IMG/VR virus record: IMGVR_UViG_3300037069_002417
Span: 1-26,834 of that record
DNA length: 26,834 nucleotides
DNA from: a virus
Lineage: Duplodnaviria > Caudoviricetes
Reading direction: 5' to 3' (one strand)
The notes beneath the pieces were generated by a model. It saw only the letters and a list, made by a program, of their open reading frames with translations. It searched no databases and was not told the DNA's origin. Position numbers and translations under genes: made by a program. Below, piece by piece: positions 15,567 to 24,923 of this stretch. Numbering within the stretch: the stretch's first letter is position 1; each line of letters begins with the position of its first letter.

Positions 15567-16520
15567 ATGGCCTATCCTGTCGCCAATCCCCCGTTCGGCG
15601 GGGCCGGCACCGGCGCGACCCCGCCCTACTCGGGCGTCTTCATTCCCGAGATTTGGTCGGGCAAACTCATCGAGAAATTCTATGCAACGACGGTTTTGGC
15701 CGCGATTGCCAACACCGACTACGAGGGCGAAATCTCCAGCCACGGCGACAAGGTCAAGATCAGGACGAAGCCGACCATCACGATCCGGCCGTATCAGGCG
15801 GATCAGCCGCTGCTGGTCGAGCGCCCGTCGTCCAACATCATAGAAATGCTGATCGACCAGGGCCAGTATTTCAATACGATCCTGGACGATGTGATGGAGG
15901 TCCAGAGCGACATCAACCAGCTCTCGCTGTGGGCCGACGACGCCGCCGAACAGATGAAGATCGTCATCGACGTCGCCGTGCTCGGCACCATCGACGCGGG
16001 CATCGTCGCGGCCAACAAAGGGGCCACGGCGGGCAAGCACAGCGCCAACATCAACCTCGGCGCGGTCGGCGCACCGGCGGTGGTGACGCCCTCCACGGTG
16101 CTCGATTTCATTGTCGATATGGGAACGGTTTTGGACGAACAAAATATCCCGGAGACGGGACGTTGGCTCATCCTGCCGCCCTGGCTCGCCGGCATGGTCA
16201 AGAAGTCCGACCTGCGCAACGCCTCGATCTCGGGCGATGGCGTCTCGCTGGTGCGCAACGGCCGTCTCGGCATGATCGACCGCTTCACGCTGTACGGGTC
16301 GAACCTGCTGCCCACGGCGGTCGAGGGCACCGACACCGCGACGCGCGTGTTCGCCGGCCATCCGCACGGCCTGTCGTTCGCCTCGCAGATGACCAACATG
16401 GAGACCATGCGGTCGGAGCAGGCGTTCGGGACGCTGATGCGCGGCCTACAGATTTACGGCAACAAGGTCCTCGACGGGATCGCGTTGACGGAACTGTATG
16501 CCGTTCGCGGCACGGCCTAA
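15567..16520 (+). CDS. Major capsid protein (317 aa)
   Basis: FIPEIWSGKLIEKFY..NTDYEGEI..GDKVKIR, LDEQNIPETGRWLILPP, RGLQIYGNKV; GGGAG RBS. Confidence 0.93.
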   Translation: MAYPVANPPFGGAGTGATPPYSGVFIPEIWSGKLIEKFYATTVLAAIANTDYEGEISSHGDKVKIRTKPTITIRPYQADQPLLVERPSSNIIEMLIDQGQYFNTILDDVMEVQSDINQLSLWADDAAEQMKIVIDVAVLGTIDAGIVAANKGATAGKHSANINLGAVGAPAVVTPSTVLDFIVDMGTVLDEQNIPETGRWLILPPWLAGMVKKSDLRNASISGDGVSLVRNGRLGMIDRFTLYGSNLLPTAVEGTDTATRVFAGHPHGLSFASQMTNMETMRSEQAFGTLMRGLQIYGNKVLDGIALTELYAVRGTA

Positions 16521-16562
16521 ACTACTACGGTCGTAACCTCACGCACCGTAAGGCCCGCGCCG

Positions 16563-16931
16563 ATGAGCGGCACCGTTCGCACCATCGCCACTGTTCTCGC
16601 GGAAGCGCGCACGCTCCTGCAAGACAAGCACACGCCCTATCGCTACACCGATGACGAGCTGTTGGAGGCGTTCAACGGTATCGTTGCAGAGATCAGGGCG
16701 AAGCGACCGGACATGTTCCTCGGCGCGGGCATCGGGCTGCGTGACCCGGTGCCCTATTACACGATGGCCAACACCACCACGCCGTTCCCGCTGCCGGCGA
16801 CCGCCTACAACGCCTGCCTCTACTACGTCGTAGGGCGCAGCTCGCTGCGCGACGACACCTACGCCGACGACAGCCGGGCCGTCACCATGATGAACAAGGC
16901 GGTGACCTCGTTGCTGACGGTGGCATCGTAA
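16563..16931 (+). CDS. Head-tail adaptor-like protein (122 aa)
   Basis: VLAEARTLLQD..RYTDDELLEAFN..I..KRPD helical adaptor pattern; directly after the capsid gene. Confidence 0.7.
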   Translation: MSGTVRTIATVLAEARTLLQDKHTPYRYTDDELLEAFNGIVAEIRAKRPDMFLGAGIGLRDPVPYYTMANTTTPFPLPATAYNACLYYVVGRSSLRDDTYADDSRAVTMMNKAVTSLLTVAS

Positions 16932-16941
16932 TGGGGGCCTC

Positions 16942-17556
16942 GTGAGCACCGTCCCGCCGACCCAGCACGCCACGCTGATGCGTCCCAGGGAGGCGCTGGA
17001 CCGCTTCTTCGACGAGATCGAGGCGGTGGTGCCCGGCGTGCTGCACGCCGTCGTGCAGATGTGCCTGTGGGACAGTATCGAAGACTTCTGCACGCGCAGC
17101 ACGTTCTGGCGGCAGACCGTGCAGTGGACCCTCGGGGCCGGGGTCAACATGCTCGACTTCAACCCGTTCGATGGGGCCAGCCTGATCGTGCAGGTGCTCG
17201 AACTGGAGGGTCTCAGCCAGTGGGAAATGCAGCCTGTTGCGGTGTTGGTCGACCACGGTGATAGCACCCTACAACGCCAGGGCCACGCGCTCGTCGCCCT
17301 CAAGCCGGTGCGGCTGTCCAACCAGATACCGGGCTTCCTGACCGATCTGTGGTTCGAGCCGCTGCGCGACGGCGCGCTGAGCCGCCTGTACGGCCAGCCG
17401 GCCAAGCCCTACTCGAACATGCAGCTCGCGCAGTTCTTCGGGCGGCGCTTCGAGGTCGGCATTTCTCGCGCGCGGGGCCGCGCCGCGCACATGAACAGCC
17501 GCCACGCGCCGACATGGCGGTTCCCGTATTTCGCCCGTGGCCGGAGGAAAGTCTGA
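16942..17556 (+). CDS. Adaptor/tail tubular protein A-like (204 aa)
   Basis: IEDFCTRSTFWR..GALSRLYGQPAKPYSN..A pattern seen in podoviral adaptors; synteny. Confidence 0.65.
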   Translation: MSTVPPTQHATLMRPREALDRFFDEIEAVVPGVLHAVVQMCLWDSIEDFCTRSTFWRQTVQWTLGAGVNMLDFNPFDGASLIVQVLELEGLSQWEMQPVAVLVDHGDSTLQRQGHALVALKPVRLSNQIPGFLTDLWFEPLRDGALSRLYGQPAKPYSNMQLAQFFGRRFEVGISRARGRAAHMNSRHAPTWRFPYFARGRRKV

Positions 17557-17969
17557 TGGGCGCGATCTACGACATCACCGCCGCCGAGTTCGCGCGCGGG
17601 CGCATCGACTGGGGCGTGCAGAGCCTCGTGCTGGCGCTGACGTCTGTGGCTTACACGCCCAGTTACGCCGCCGAGAAGCATGTCATCGACCTGCCGACCG
17701 GCGTGGTGATGACGCCGTTCTACCCGCTGTTCGCGCCGGTCGTGCGCTCCGACGGCGTGTGCCAGGTCAACCGCGCCATCCTGCCTGGTGTCACGACCAC
17801 CGGGCCGATCAAGGGCGCGCTGATCGCCTTCGATGACGGCGGCGGCGACAGCAGCACGTTCCAGCTCGCCTGCTTCCTCGACCAAGGGCTCGGCTTCGGG
17901 ATGTGGCCGGAGCAGGAAGATATCAGCATCAACTGGGATGCGAACTTTGGCGGCGTGCTCAAGCTGTGA
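17556..17969 (+). CDS. Virion structural protein, hypothetical (137 aa)
   Basis: TGATG coupling; GGAGG upstream; MGAIYD..GRIDW..DISINWD. Confidence 0.7.
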   Translation: MGAIYDITAAEFARGRIDWGVQSLVLALTSVAYTPSYAAEKHVIDLPTGVVMTPFYPLFAPVVRSDGVCQVNRAILPGVTTTGPIKGALIAFDDGGGDSSTFQLACFLDQGLGFGMWPEQEDISINWDANFGGVLKL

Positions 17970-18559
17970 GTAGGTATTCCATCGAGCCGATCGGCGTCGA
18001 GCTGGCGACCGTCGCGGTGTCGTGCCAGCTCGACTACGACGAACTGACGCTCACGGGGGCCGGGCCGGGACGGGTAGGGACCATTATGCTCAAAGCACGC
18101 GGCACTACCGTAGTAGTTCCTACCGATGGCGGCGGCGAGATTTTGTTCTGGCAGCCGACCATCGCCGCCGTGCCCATCGTCGGCCGCGTCACCAAGCACC
18201 CGCGCGACCGGGCGCGCTACACCGTGGACTTTACCGACTGGGTGGACCCCGGCGAGCTGCTGGTGTCGATCAGCGACGTGCTGGTGACCCTGCTGGCGGC
18301 GACCTGGGCCGGTCCCTACCCGCCGTCGATCCCGCCCGCCGGCCCGGTCGTGCTGCCGCCCGATCCGACGCCGCTCACGGTCCACTCGGCCTACCTCCTC
18401 GACAACGACGTGCAGGCGCAGGTGTTCGTCGATTTCGGCACCGACGGGAACACCTACGCGCTCGAATTTACGGTCGGCGGCACGTCCGGCCGCGCCATCA
18501 ACGTCCGGGTCGACTGCTCGGTCCGCTCCGGCGTCATCAAGGCGGTGCAAGCGCTATGA
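17966..18559 (+). CDS. Putative fibre-tail adaptor protein (197 aa)
   Basis: GTGA coupling; KHPRDRARYTVDFTDWVDPGELL..GTDGNTY pattern; precedes the fibre gene. Confidence 0.6.
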   Translation: MSRYSIEPIGVELATVAVSCQLDYDELTLTGAGPGRVGTIMLKARGTTVVVPTDGGGEILFWQPTIAAVPIVGRVTKHPRDRARYTVDFTDWVDPGELLVSISDVLVTLLAATWAGPYPPSIPPAGPVVLPPDPTPLTVHSAYLLDNDVQAQVFVDFGTDGNTYALEFTVGGTSGRAINVRVDCSVRSGVIKAVQAL

Positions 18560-20106
18560 CGGTCCAGTTCGCCAACAACGCGGTCTCGGCGTTGCAGGTC
18601 GGCATCTCGCCGACCGACAACCATCTCATCGTCGCCCCCGCCGACGCGGCGCTGTTCCCGCCCGCCGGCGGCACCGACGTGTTCGACCTCGTGATCGAGG
18701 ACAGAAAAGTCGTCCCGCCGATCCGCGAGATATGCCGGTGTTACTCCCGTAGCACCAACAATCTCCAGGTCACGCGCGGCACCGAGGGCACCGCGGCGCT
18801 GGCCTGGGCGCCGGGGGTGATCGTCTCGCACCGCATCACCGCCGCCGGCATGGCGACGCTGCGCGATGACAGCTTCTACGGCCAGCGGCTGCTCGGCTCG
18901 TTCGGCACCGCGCCGACGATCCGCCCGGACGGCACGCCGCTTGAGGTCGGCGACCACTACTACGACACCACCTTGCGGGAATTGTTCGTCTGGCTGCCCG
19001 GCGGCTGGGCGAGTGCGGCCAACGACATCGCCGGCGACACCACCATCGGCGGCTATCTGAACGTGGGCAAAGACGCCGCCGTGGACGGCAATCTGCACGT
19101 CCTCGGCACCGCCAAGGTGGACGGCGCGACCACGCTGGCGGGCCTGACGGTTACCGGCACGGTGACCGCGACGGGCGCGGTCACCGTGCAGACCCTCACC
19201 GTCAACGGCAACGAGAATGTCGGCGGCGTGCTGGCCTCGGCGACCGGCATCACCACGCCGGGCTACATCCATGCCGGCGGCTCGCTCGATGCTTATACCC
19301 TCAACGTCGGGGCCGGCGGTGCCAACGTCAACGGCGCGTTTTCCGCGTCGTCGATCTATACGGCGGGCAATATCTCGACGCCGCTGGACATCTACGGCCG
19401 CCGCATCATCGCCAGCGCCGACGTGTATGCGTACACCGACATCCAGGGCACCAACATCACCGCGCGCGGCAACCTCAGTGCGAACGGCAACGCGGGCATC
19501 GCCGGCGGCCTGAGCGTGGGCGTCGATATCACCGCCGGGCGCAACGTCACCGGGGCCTACGGCCAGTTCAACTCGGCACACATCCTCGGCCCGCTCAATG
19601 TCGACGGCGCGTTCGGCGCGGGCACGTCGATCTGGTCGGGCGGCGCGATCTCCGCCGTCGGCAGCATCAACGCCAACGGCAACGTCATCGCCGGGGCCGC
19701 GCTGCAAGGGGCCTATGTCCACTCGACCGGCAGCACGCAGACCGACGGCGACAGCGTCACCAACGGGGTGATCTATGTCGGCGGCACCGGCGGCATCCTT
19801 ATGTTCGTCTCGAACGCCACTCGCGAGATACGCTACACGACGGATGGCTGGTCCTCTACGTTCGACTGGTCTAGCGGCATCTTCGGGTGGTTCACCCCCG
19901 GCAGCGTCGCCAATATGTTTCTCGACAGCGTCGGCAATCTGCATGTCCACGGGCAGGTCTATGGCGGCCAGCGCGCCGCCAGGGTCGCGGGCGTGCTGGA
20001 GGTCGAGCCGGGCAACCCGGTGTCCTACGACGCCATGATCGAGGCACTGGCCGCGCGCGTCGCCGCTCTGGAAGCGCTACTACCGACGCAGACCTCGCGC
20101 GGATGA
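18556..20106 (+). CDS. Tail fibre/spike protein (516 aa)
   Basis: ATGA coupling; N-terminal anchor FANNAVSAL..RGTEGTAALAW..HRITA; Gly-rich beta repeats; C-terminal coiled coil. Confidence 0.8.
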   Translation: MTVQFANNAVSALQVGISPTDNHLIVAPADAALFPPAGGTDVFDLVIEDRKVVPPIREICRCYSRSTNNLQVTRGTEGTAALAWAPGVIVSHRITAAGMATLRDDSFYGQRLLGSFGTAPTIRPDGTPLEVGDHYYDTTLRELFVWLPGGWASAANDIAGDTTIGGYLNVGKDAAVDGNLHVLGTAKVDGATTLAGLTVTGTVTATGAVTVQTLTVNGNENVGGVLASATGITTPGYIHAGGSLDAYTLNVGAGGANVNGAFSASSIYTAGNISTPLDIYGRRIIASADVYAYTDIQGTNITARGNLSANGNAGIAGGLSVGVDITAGRNVTGAYGQFNSAHILGPLNVDGAFGAGTSIWSGGAISAVGSINANGNVIAGAALQGAYVHSTGSTQTDGDSVTNGVIYVGGTGGILMFVSNATREIRYTTDGWSSTFDWSSGIFGWFTPGSVANMFLDSVGNLHVHGQVYGGQRAARVAGVLEVEPGNPVSYDAMIEALAARVAALEALLPTQTSRG

Positions 20107-20143
20107 GCTACTACCGTCGTAACCACCTAGCAGGAGCAGCACC

Positions 20144-20323
20144 ATGAAGGGTATTCCGTCCGGCAAGATCGGCCCGTCCTCGGTCGATCCGGCCTCGAAA
20201 GGCAGCAACCCCGCCGGCAACTCGCCGGGCAATCCTGGCAAGTCCAAGGCCGCGCCCGCGATCCCAGGCCCGAGCAAGCCGGGGATGCCGATCTCCATGA
20301 AGAAGGCGCTGCGGCGTAAGTAG
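20144..20323 (+). CDS. Lys/Pro/Gly-rich microprotein (59 aa)
   Basis: AGGAG RBS at 20132; MKGIPSGKIGPSSVDPASKG...MKKALRRK. Not in the ORF track. Confidence 0.7.
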   Translation: MKGIPSGKIGPSSVDPASKGSNPAGNSPGNPGKSKAAPAIPGPSKPGMPISMKKALRRK

Positions 20324-20334
20324 GAGGTTTTCCG

Positions 20335-20487
20335 ATGGCCAAGAACCCGTTCGCCAAGAAGTCCGCCAAAGGCTTCGAGCAGTCCAAGTTCGACAACGAC
20401 AAGGGCGTCAAGGAAGGCTCGAAGGCGGACATGAAGCGCGATGCCAAGGAACTGCCGAAGTTCATGGCGGCGAAGAAGCGGAAGTAG
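20335..20487 (+). CDS. Lys-rich microprotein (50 aa)
   Basis: AGGAGG RBS at 20322; MAKNPFAKKSAKGFEQSKFDNDKGVKEGSKADMKRDAKELPKFMAAKKRK. Not in the ORF track. Confidence 0.75.
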   Translation: MAKNPFAKKSAKGFEQSKFDNDKGVKEGSKADMKRDAKELPKFMAAKKRK

Positions 20488-20525
20488 CGCACTACCGTAG
20501 TAGAAAACTACCGTGATAGGCAGCG

Positions 20526-22280
20526 ATGGTACAGTGGTCGGTCAAGGATATGGGCGGCGAGATGCCGAGGACCGACCCTCGGCTGCTGCCGCCCGCGATG
20601 GCCGAGGACGCCTGGAACGTCGATCTCCAGTCCGGCCCGCTCGATGGGCTGGGCGTGCCGCTGCTGATCAAGGATTTGACCGCCGCCCCTGATCCGGTGA
20701 TGCGGGCCTACCGGCTGCCGGGGCCGGTCGTGGGCGACCCCGATGCGTGGCTGCCGCTACCCTCGCCCTATTCGAGCTGCGTGCGCTCGCCCTTGGCCAA
20801 CGACCAATACCGTCGCGTCTACTGGACATCGCCGGGGGAAAACGCGAAGTGGTCGACCTACGACGACATCCGCAACGGCTGGCCGCCCTACGATCTCGGC
20901 GTGATCCAGCCGACCGCCGCCTACACGCCCGTGGTCAGCGCCTCCGGCGGCACCGCGCCGGACGTGGTGCCGTGGGTGTCGCGCTCCTACCTGATCACCT
21001 TCATCAATTCCTACGGCGAGGAGAGCGCGCCCAGTCCGCCCTCCGACCCGGTGGACGGGGCATCGGACGGCGACTGGCAGATTTGGGTCAACGGCGCGCT
21101 GCCGGGGCCGGTGGCGGGCAGGAACTATCCGGGGCCGATCACCATCCGGCTGTATCGCACCGTGGTCGGGCAGACCTCGGGCGCGGTCTACTACCAGGTG
21201 CGCGACTTCAAGATCAGCCTCGGCGACGTGCCACCGCAGCCCTATCACGACACGCTGCTCGACAGCGAGATCGTCGGCAACCTCGTGCTGGCCAGCACCA
21301 ACTGGGTCAACCCGCCGGACAACCTCGACGGCATGACCGTCATGCCCGGTGGGATGCTGGTCGGGTTCACGCGCAACACCGTGCATTTCTGCGAGCCGGA
21401 CCACCCGCACGCATGGCCCGCCAGCTACGATCAAAGCCTGATCTTCGATATCGTCGGCTTCGGCGTCTGGCAGCAAAGCCTCGTCGCGTTGACGCTCGGC
21501 ACGCCGGCCATCGGCTCGGGCCAGATGCCGTCCTCGTTCACCTTCTCCGGCTTGCAGGTGCCGGAGCCTTGCATCTCCCGTGGCAGCATCATCACCGACC
21601 TCATGGGCGTCTACTATTCATCCCAGAACGGCTTGATAATGCTCAATTATATGGGAATGCAAAATATGACTCTGCAACAAGTTACCCGGAATATCTGGCT
21701 CGAAGAATACAAGGGTGCAAGTTTGATAGCGTGTCGACACCGTAGTCAGTTCCTGGCGATCAACGGCGGCGACCACGGGTTCATCATCGACTACGGCGAG
21801 CCGCGCCTGGGCGTCATCCACATCGACCCGGTCTCCGGGGCCGACTGCGTGTGGAACGACCCCTATGACGGCAGCACCTTCATCATCAACGACAAGCTGG
21901 TCTACCGCTGGGACGATCCGACGGCGCAGGCGATGACGTGGCGCTGGCGCAGCAAGAAATTCAACCTGCCCAAGCCGACCAATATCGGCGCGGTGCAGCT
22001 CTGGGTCTCGAAGGAGGTTACTACCGCAGTAGCACCGCCCGCGCCGCCGATGAGCACGCAGGACAATTCCGGTCTGGTGCTGCCGGACGGCGTGGTCTGC
22101 CTGTTCCGGTTGTTCGCCGACGACGAGATGATCTACGAAATGCCGATCATCGAGCCGCTGCAACTGCTGCGCCCGCCCTCGGGGCTGATGGCGTACGAGT
22201 GGCAGTTCGAGATCGTGTCCTGCATCGCCGTCTATCAGGTGCAGCTCGCCACCACGGTGAAGGAGCTGCAAGGTGCCTGA
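20526..22280 (+). CDS. Tail nozzle / tail tubular protein B-like (584 aa)
   Basis: [64 protein letters not shown]; beta-propeller-type podoviral nozzle. Confidence 0.75.
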   Translation: MVQWSVKDMGGEMPRTDPRLLPPAMAEDAWNVDLQSGPLDGLGVPLLIKDLTAAPDPVMRAYRLPGPVVGDPDAWLPLPSPYSSCVRSPLANDQYRRVYWTSPGENAKWSTYDDIRNGWPPYDLGVIQPTAAYTPVVSASGGTAPDVVPWVSRSYLITFINSYGEESAPSPPSDPVDGASDGDWQIWVNGALPGPVAGRNYPGPITIRLYRTVVGQTSGAVYYQVRDFKISLGDVPPQPYHDTLLDSEIVGNLVLASTNWVNPPDNLDGMTVMPGGMLVGFTRNTVHFCEPDHPHAWPASYDQSLIFDIVGFGVWQQSLVALTLGTPAIGSGQMPSSFTFSGLQVPEPCISRGSIITDLMGVYYSSQNGLIMLNYMGMQNMTLQQVTRNIWLEEYKGASLIACRHRSQFLAINGGDHGFIIDYGEPRLGVIHIDPVSGADCVWNDPYDGSTFIINDKLVYRWDDPTAQAMTWRWRSKKFNLPKPTNIGAVQLWVSKEVTTAVAPPAPPMSTQDNSGLVLPDGVVCLFRLFADDEMIYEMPIIEPLQLLRPPSGLMAYEWQFEIVSCIAVYQVQLATTVKELQGA

Positions 22281-23580
22281 CAGCACCGCGATCAGCATCT
22301 TCGGCCCGGTATCGGCGAACAAGACGCTGATGGGGGTGCCCGACCCCAGCGCGCAGAACGGCGCGATGGCGCTGCGCGTGCTGAAATCGAACATGGACCA
22401 GCTCTCCGGGTTTTCCGGCTCGGTGCTGGATCGCGCGGTCACCTTCAACGACCTGCTCGCGCACAACGTCACCGGGGGCGGCTCGGGCGGCTCCTCGGTC
22501 GGACCGCCGGGGCCGCAGGGCAAGCCGGGACCGACGGGACCGGAAGGCCCGGACGGGCCGCCCGGACCGGCTGGCCCCAAGGGCGACACCGGACCCGCCG
22601 GTCCGACCGGCCCCGCCGGACCGCAGGGTGCGCCGGGCGATGCCTCGGCGGGGATGCCGTCCTCGAACGCGCCGCCGCTCATGGACGGCGTGGCCAATCC
22701 CGGCGTCTCCGGGGAATGGTCGCGCGGCGATCACGTCCATCCGCACGACACGTCGCGGTTTCCGACCACGGGCGGCACGATCAGCGGCAACGTCGACGTC
22801 ACCGGCCAGATCACGGCAGCCTACGTGCATTCGTCCGGCAACGTGGACGCGGCGGGCGACGTCAATGCGTCCGGCAACGTCCATTGCGTCGGGGTCTATG
22901 CCACCGGCGGCCTGTTTCAGATCGGTCCGAACTACTATCTGGCGCGCGGCGCGGCGGACGGCTTCTGGCGCTTCGTCGAGAACGGCACGGTCAACTTCAC
23001 GGTCCAGACCGACGGCGGCGCGTCCGCGCGCGGCGACGTGCGCGCCAACAACGGCCGTGTGTTCTCCATCGGCGCGGGCAACAACCCGGTGTTCACCTGC
23101 TGGGACACCACCCACGGCATCGCGGCGGGGCTGCTGCTCGGGGCCGACAACCAGCTCTATCTGGCCAATGTCGACGGCAACGGGGCGTTCCAAAGCTCGC
23201 GGCTGCATCTCGACGCCTCGGGCAATACCGTCGTCGCGGGCACTTTTGCCGCGAATGGCGGCGCGACTTCGCTCTATGTCAGCGGCAGCATCCACGCGCT
23301 GAACTGGGAGAGCTACCAGTTCTTCATGGATACCAGCACGGGCATGTGGACGTGGCAGCGCTGGGACGGCTGGGCGCAGATGTGGCTCGACGGCGGCGGA
23401 AATTGCCGCGTCCACGGCGGGTTCTACGGCGGCCAGCGGCTGCGCGCCGAGACCAATGGAACGCTGACGCGCGACGCCCCCGAGGGCAAGGCGATGTCCA
23501 CCGACGAGCTATTCGTGGCGATGTCGGAGCAGATCGCGGCGCTGCAAGCGCGTGTCGCCGCGTTGGAGGCTCGTCCATGA
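22273..23580 (+). CDS. Collagen-repeat fibre protein (435 aa)
   Basis: Uninterrupted Gly-X-Y run at about 22501-22640, SRGDHVHP motif, beta repeats, C-terminal coiled coil; AAGGAG RBS. Confidence 0.8.
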   Translation: MPDSTAISIFGPVSANKTLMGVPDPSAQNGAMALRVLKSNMDQLSGFSGSVLDRAVTFNDLLAHNVTGGGSGGSSVGPPGPQGKPGPTGPEGPDGPPGPAGPKGDTGPAGPTGPAGPQGAPGDASAGMPSSNAPPLMDGVANPGVSGEWSRGDHVHPHDTSRFPTTGGTISGNVDVTGQITAAYVHSSGNVDAAGDVNASGNVHCVGVYATGGLFQIGPNYYLARGAADGFWRFVENGTVNFTVQTDGGASARGDVRANNGRVFSIGAGNNPVFTCWDTTHGIAAGLLLGADNQLYLANVDGNGAFQSSRLHLDASGNTVVAGTFAANGGATSLYVSGSIHALNWESYQFFMDTSTGMWTWQRWDGWAQMWLDGGGNCRVHGGFYGGQRLRAETNGTLTRDAPEGKAMSTDELFVAMSEQIAALQARVAALEARP

Positions 23581-24020
23581 ACATCCGCATCAACCACCCC
23601 GGCGACGGCCATTGGATCATGCAGCAGGTCCAAGGCGTGTTCTCGCCGGACACCGATCATTCGCTTATGAACTACGACGGTAGTAACACTCGGCGCGGAG
23701 GGTTCGCGCTGTGCAACTATTTGGGTGCCTCGATCACGGTCCACATGGCGGGCAGCGATCCCCGCTGGTGCTCGCGCGAGCTGATGTGGATGGTGTTCGA
23801 CTACTCGTTCAACCAGCTCGGTGTGCGCAAGGTGCTGGCGCTGGTGCGCTCCACCAATGAGATCGCGCTGGATCAGGACATGCGCGCGGGCTTCAAGCTC
23901 GAAGCCATCATCCGCGAGGTCTACCCCGACGCCGACATGTGGGTGCTCGGCATGACCCGCGCGCAATGCCGCTGGCTGGCGCTCAAGCCCAAGCACCATC
24001 GCATCGAGAGGGCCGCGTAA
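23577..24020 (+). CDS. GNAT-fold acetyltransferase-like virion assembly protein (147 aa)
   Basis: ATGA coupling, GGAGG RBS; [24 protein letters not shown]....RAGFKLE; usual position before ejection proteins. Confidence 0.8.
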   Translation: MNIRINHPGDGHWIMQQVQGVFSPDTDHSLMNYDGSNTRRGGFALCNYLGASITVHMAGSDPRWCSRELMWMVFDYSFNQLGVRKVLALVRSTNEIALDQDMRAGFKLEAIIREVYPDADMWVLGMTRAQCRWLALKPKHHRIERAA

Positions 24021-24910
24021 TGGGCGGCAAGCAGAAAGCGCCCCCGGCGCCCGACTACACGCCGCTGGTCGCCGCCTCGACGCAGAACGCGGATACGGCG
24101 CGCTACGCGGCGGACAAAGCCTACGACACGTCGCAGCAGCAGCTCGACTGGGCGCGGCAGCAATATGCCGACCAGAAGCCGCAGACCGATGCCTTTATGA
24201 AGTCAATGATCGCCAACAGCGACCAGCAGACGCAGCAGGCCAGCGACGCCGAGGCGCGCTACAAGTCGGTCTACCAGCCGATCGAGGACAAGTTCGCGAG
24301 CGAGGCGACCGGCTGGAACTCGCCGACGCGCTCGAACCAGCAGGCCGGAGCCGCCGAGGCGGAGGTCGCCACCCAGTTCAACCAAGCCCGCAACGCCAGC
24401 CAGTCGGCGTTGGAGAGCTACGGCATCGACCCCAGCCAGACCCGCTATGCCGCCCTGGATTTGGGCACCCGCGTGCAGCAGGCCGCCGCGCAGGCCACCG
24501 CCGGCACTCAGTCGCGCGTGCAGACCGAGGCCACGGGCTTGGCACTCCAGGGCGAGGCGGTCAATATCGGCCGCGGCTATCCGGGGCAGGTGGCGCAGTC
24601 CTACGCCGGGGCGACGCAGGCGGGCACGTCGGGGATCAATGCCGGTCTCGGGACCATGTCCACCGGCAGCAACATGATGGGCAACCCGGCCTCGTGGTTC
24701 TCCGGCGGGTCGAGTGCATTAAATTCGTCGACCGGCGCGCTCGCCGGGGCCGGCAACATGATGAATACCGGCTTTCAGGACAACATGGCCCACACCCAAT
24801 ACAACAACCAGCAGATCGCCCAGAATATGCAGGGCATCGGCCGGATGATCGGTGGCGCGATTTCCGGTGGCATGAGCGGCGGCGGCTCGGCCCTGCTCGG
24901 TATGCTGTAG
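24020..24910 (+). CDS. Internal virion / DNA ejection protein (296 aa)
   Basis: TAATG coupling; [13 protein letters not shown] start, Gln/Ala-rich helices, Gly-rich hydrophobic C-terminus. Confidence 0.75.
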   Translation: MGGKQKAPPAPDYTPLVAASTQNADTARYAADKAYDTSQQQLDWARQQYADQKPQTDAFMKSMIANSDQQTQQASDAEARYKSVYQPIEDKFASEATGWNSPTRSNQQAGAAEAEVATQFNQARNASQSALESYGIDPSQTRYAALDLGTRVQQAAAQATAGTQSRVQTEATGLALQGEAVNIGRGYPGQVAQSYAGATQAGTSGINAGLGTMSTGSNMMGNPASWFSGGSSALNSSTGALAGAGNMMNTGFQDNMAHTQYNNQQIAQNMQGIGRMIGGAISGGMSGGGSALLGML

Positions 24911-24923
24911 GAGCGTCGACACC

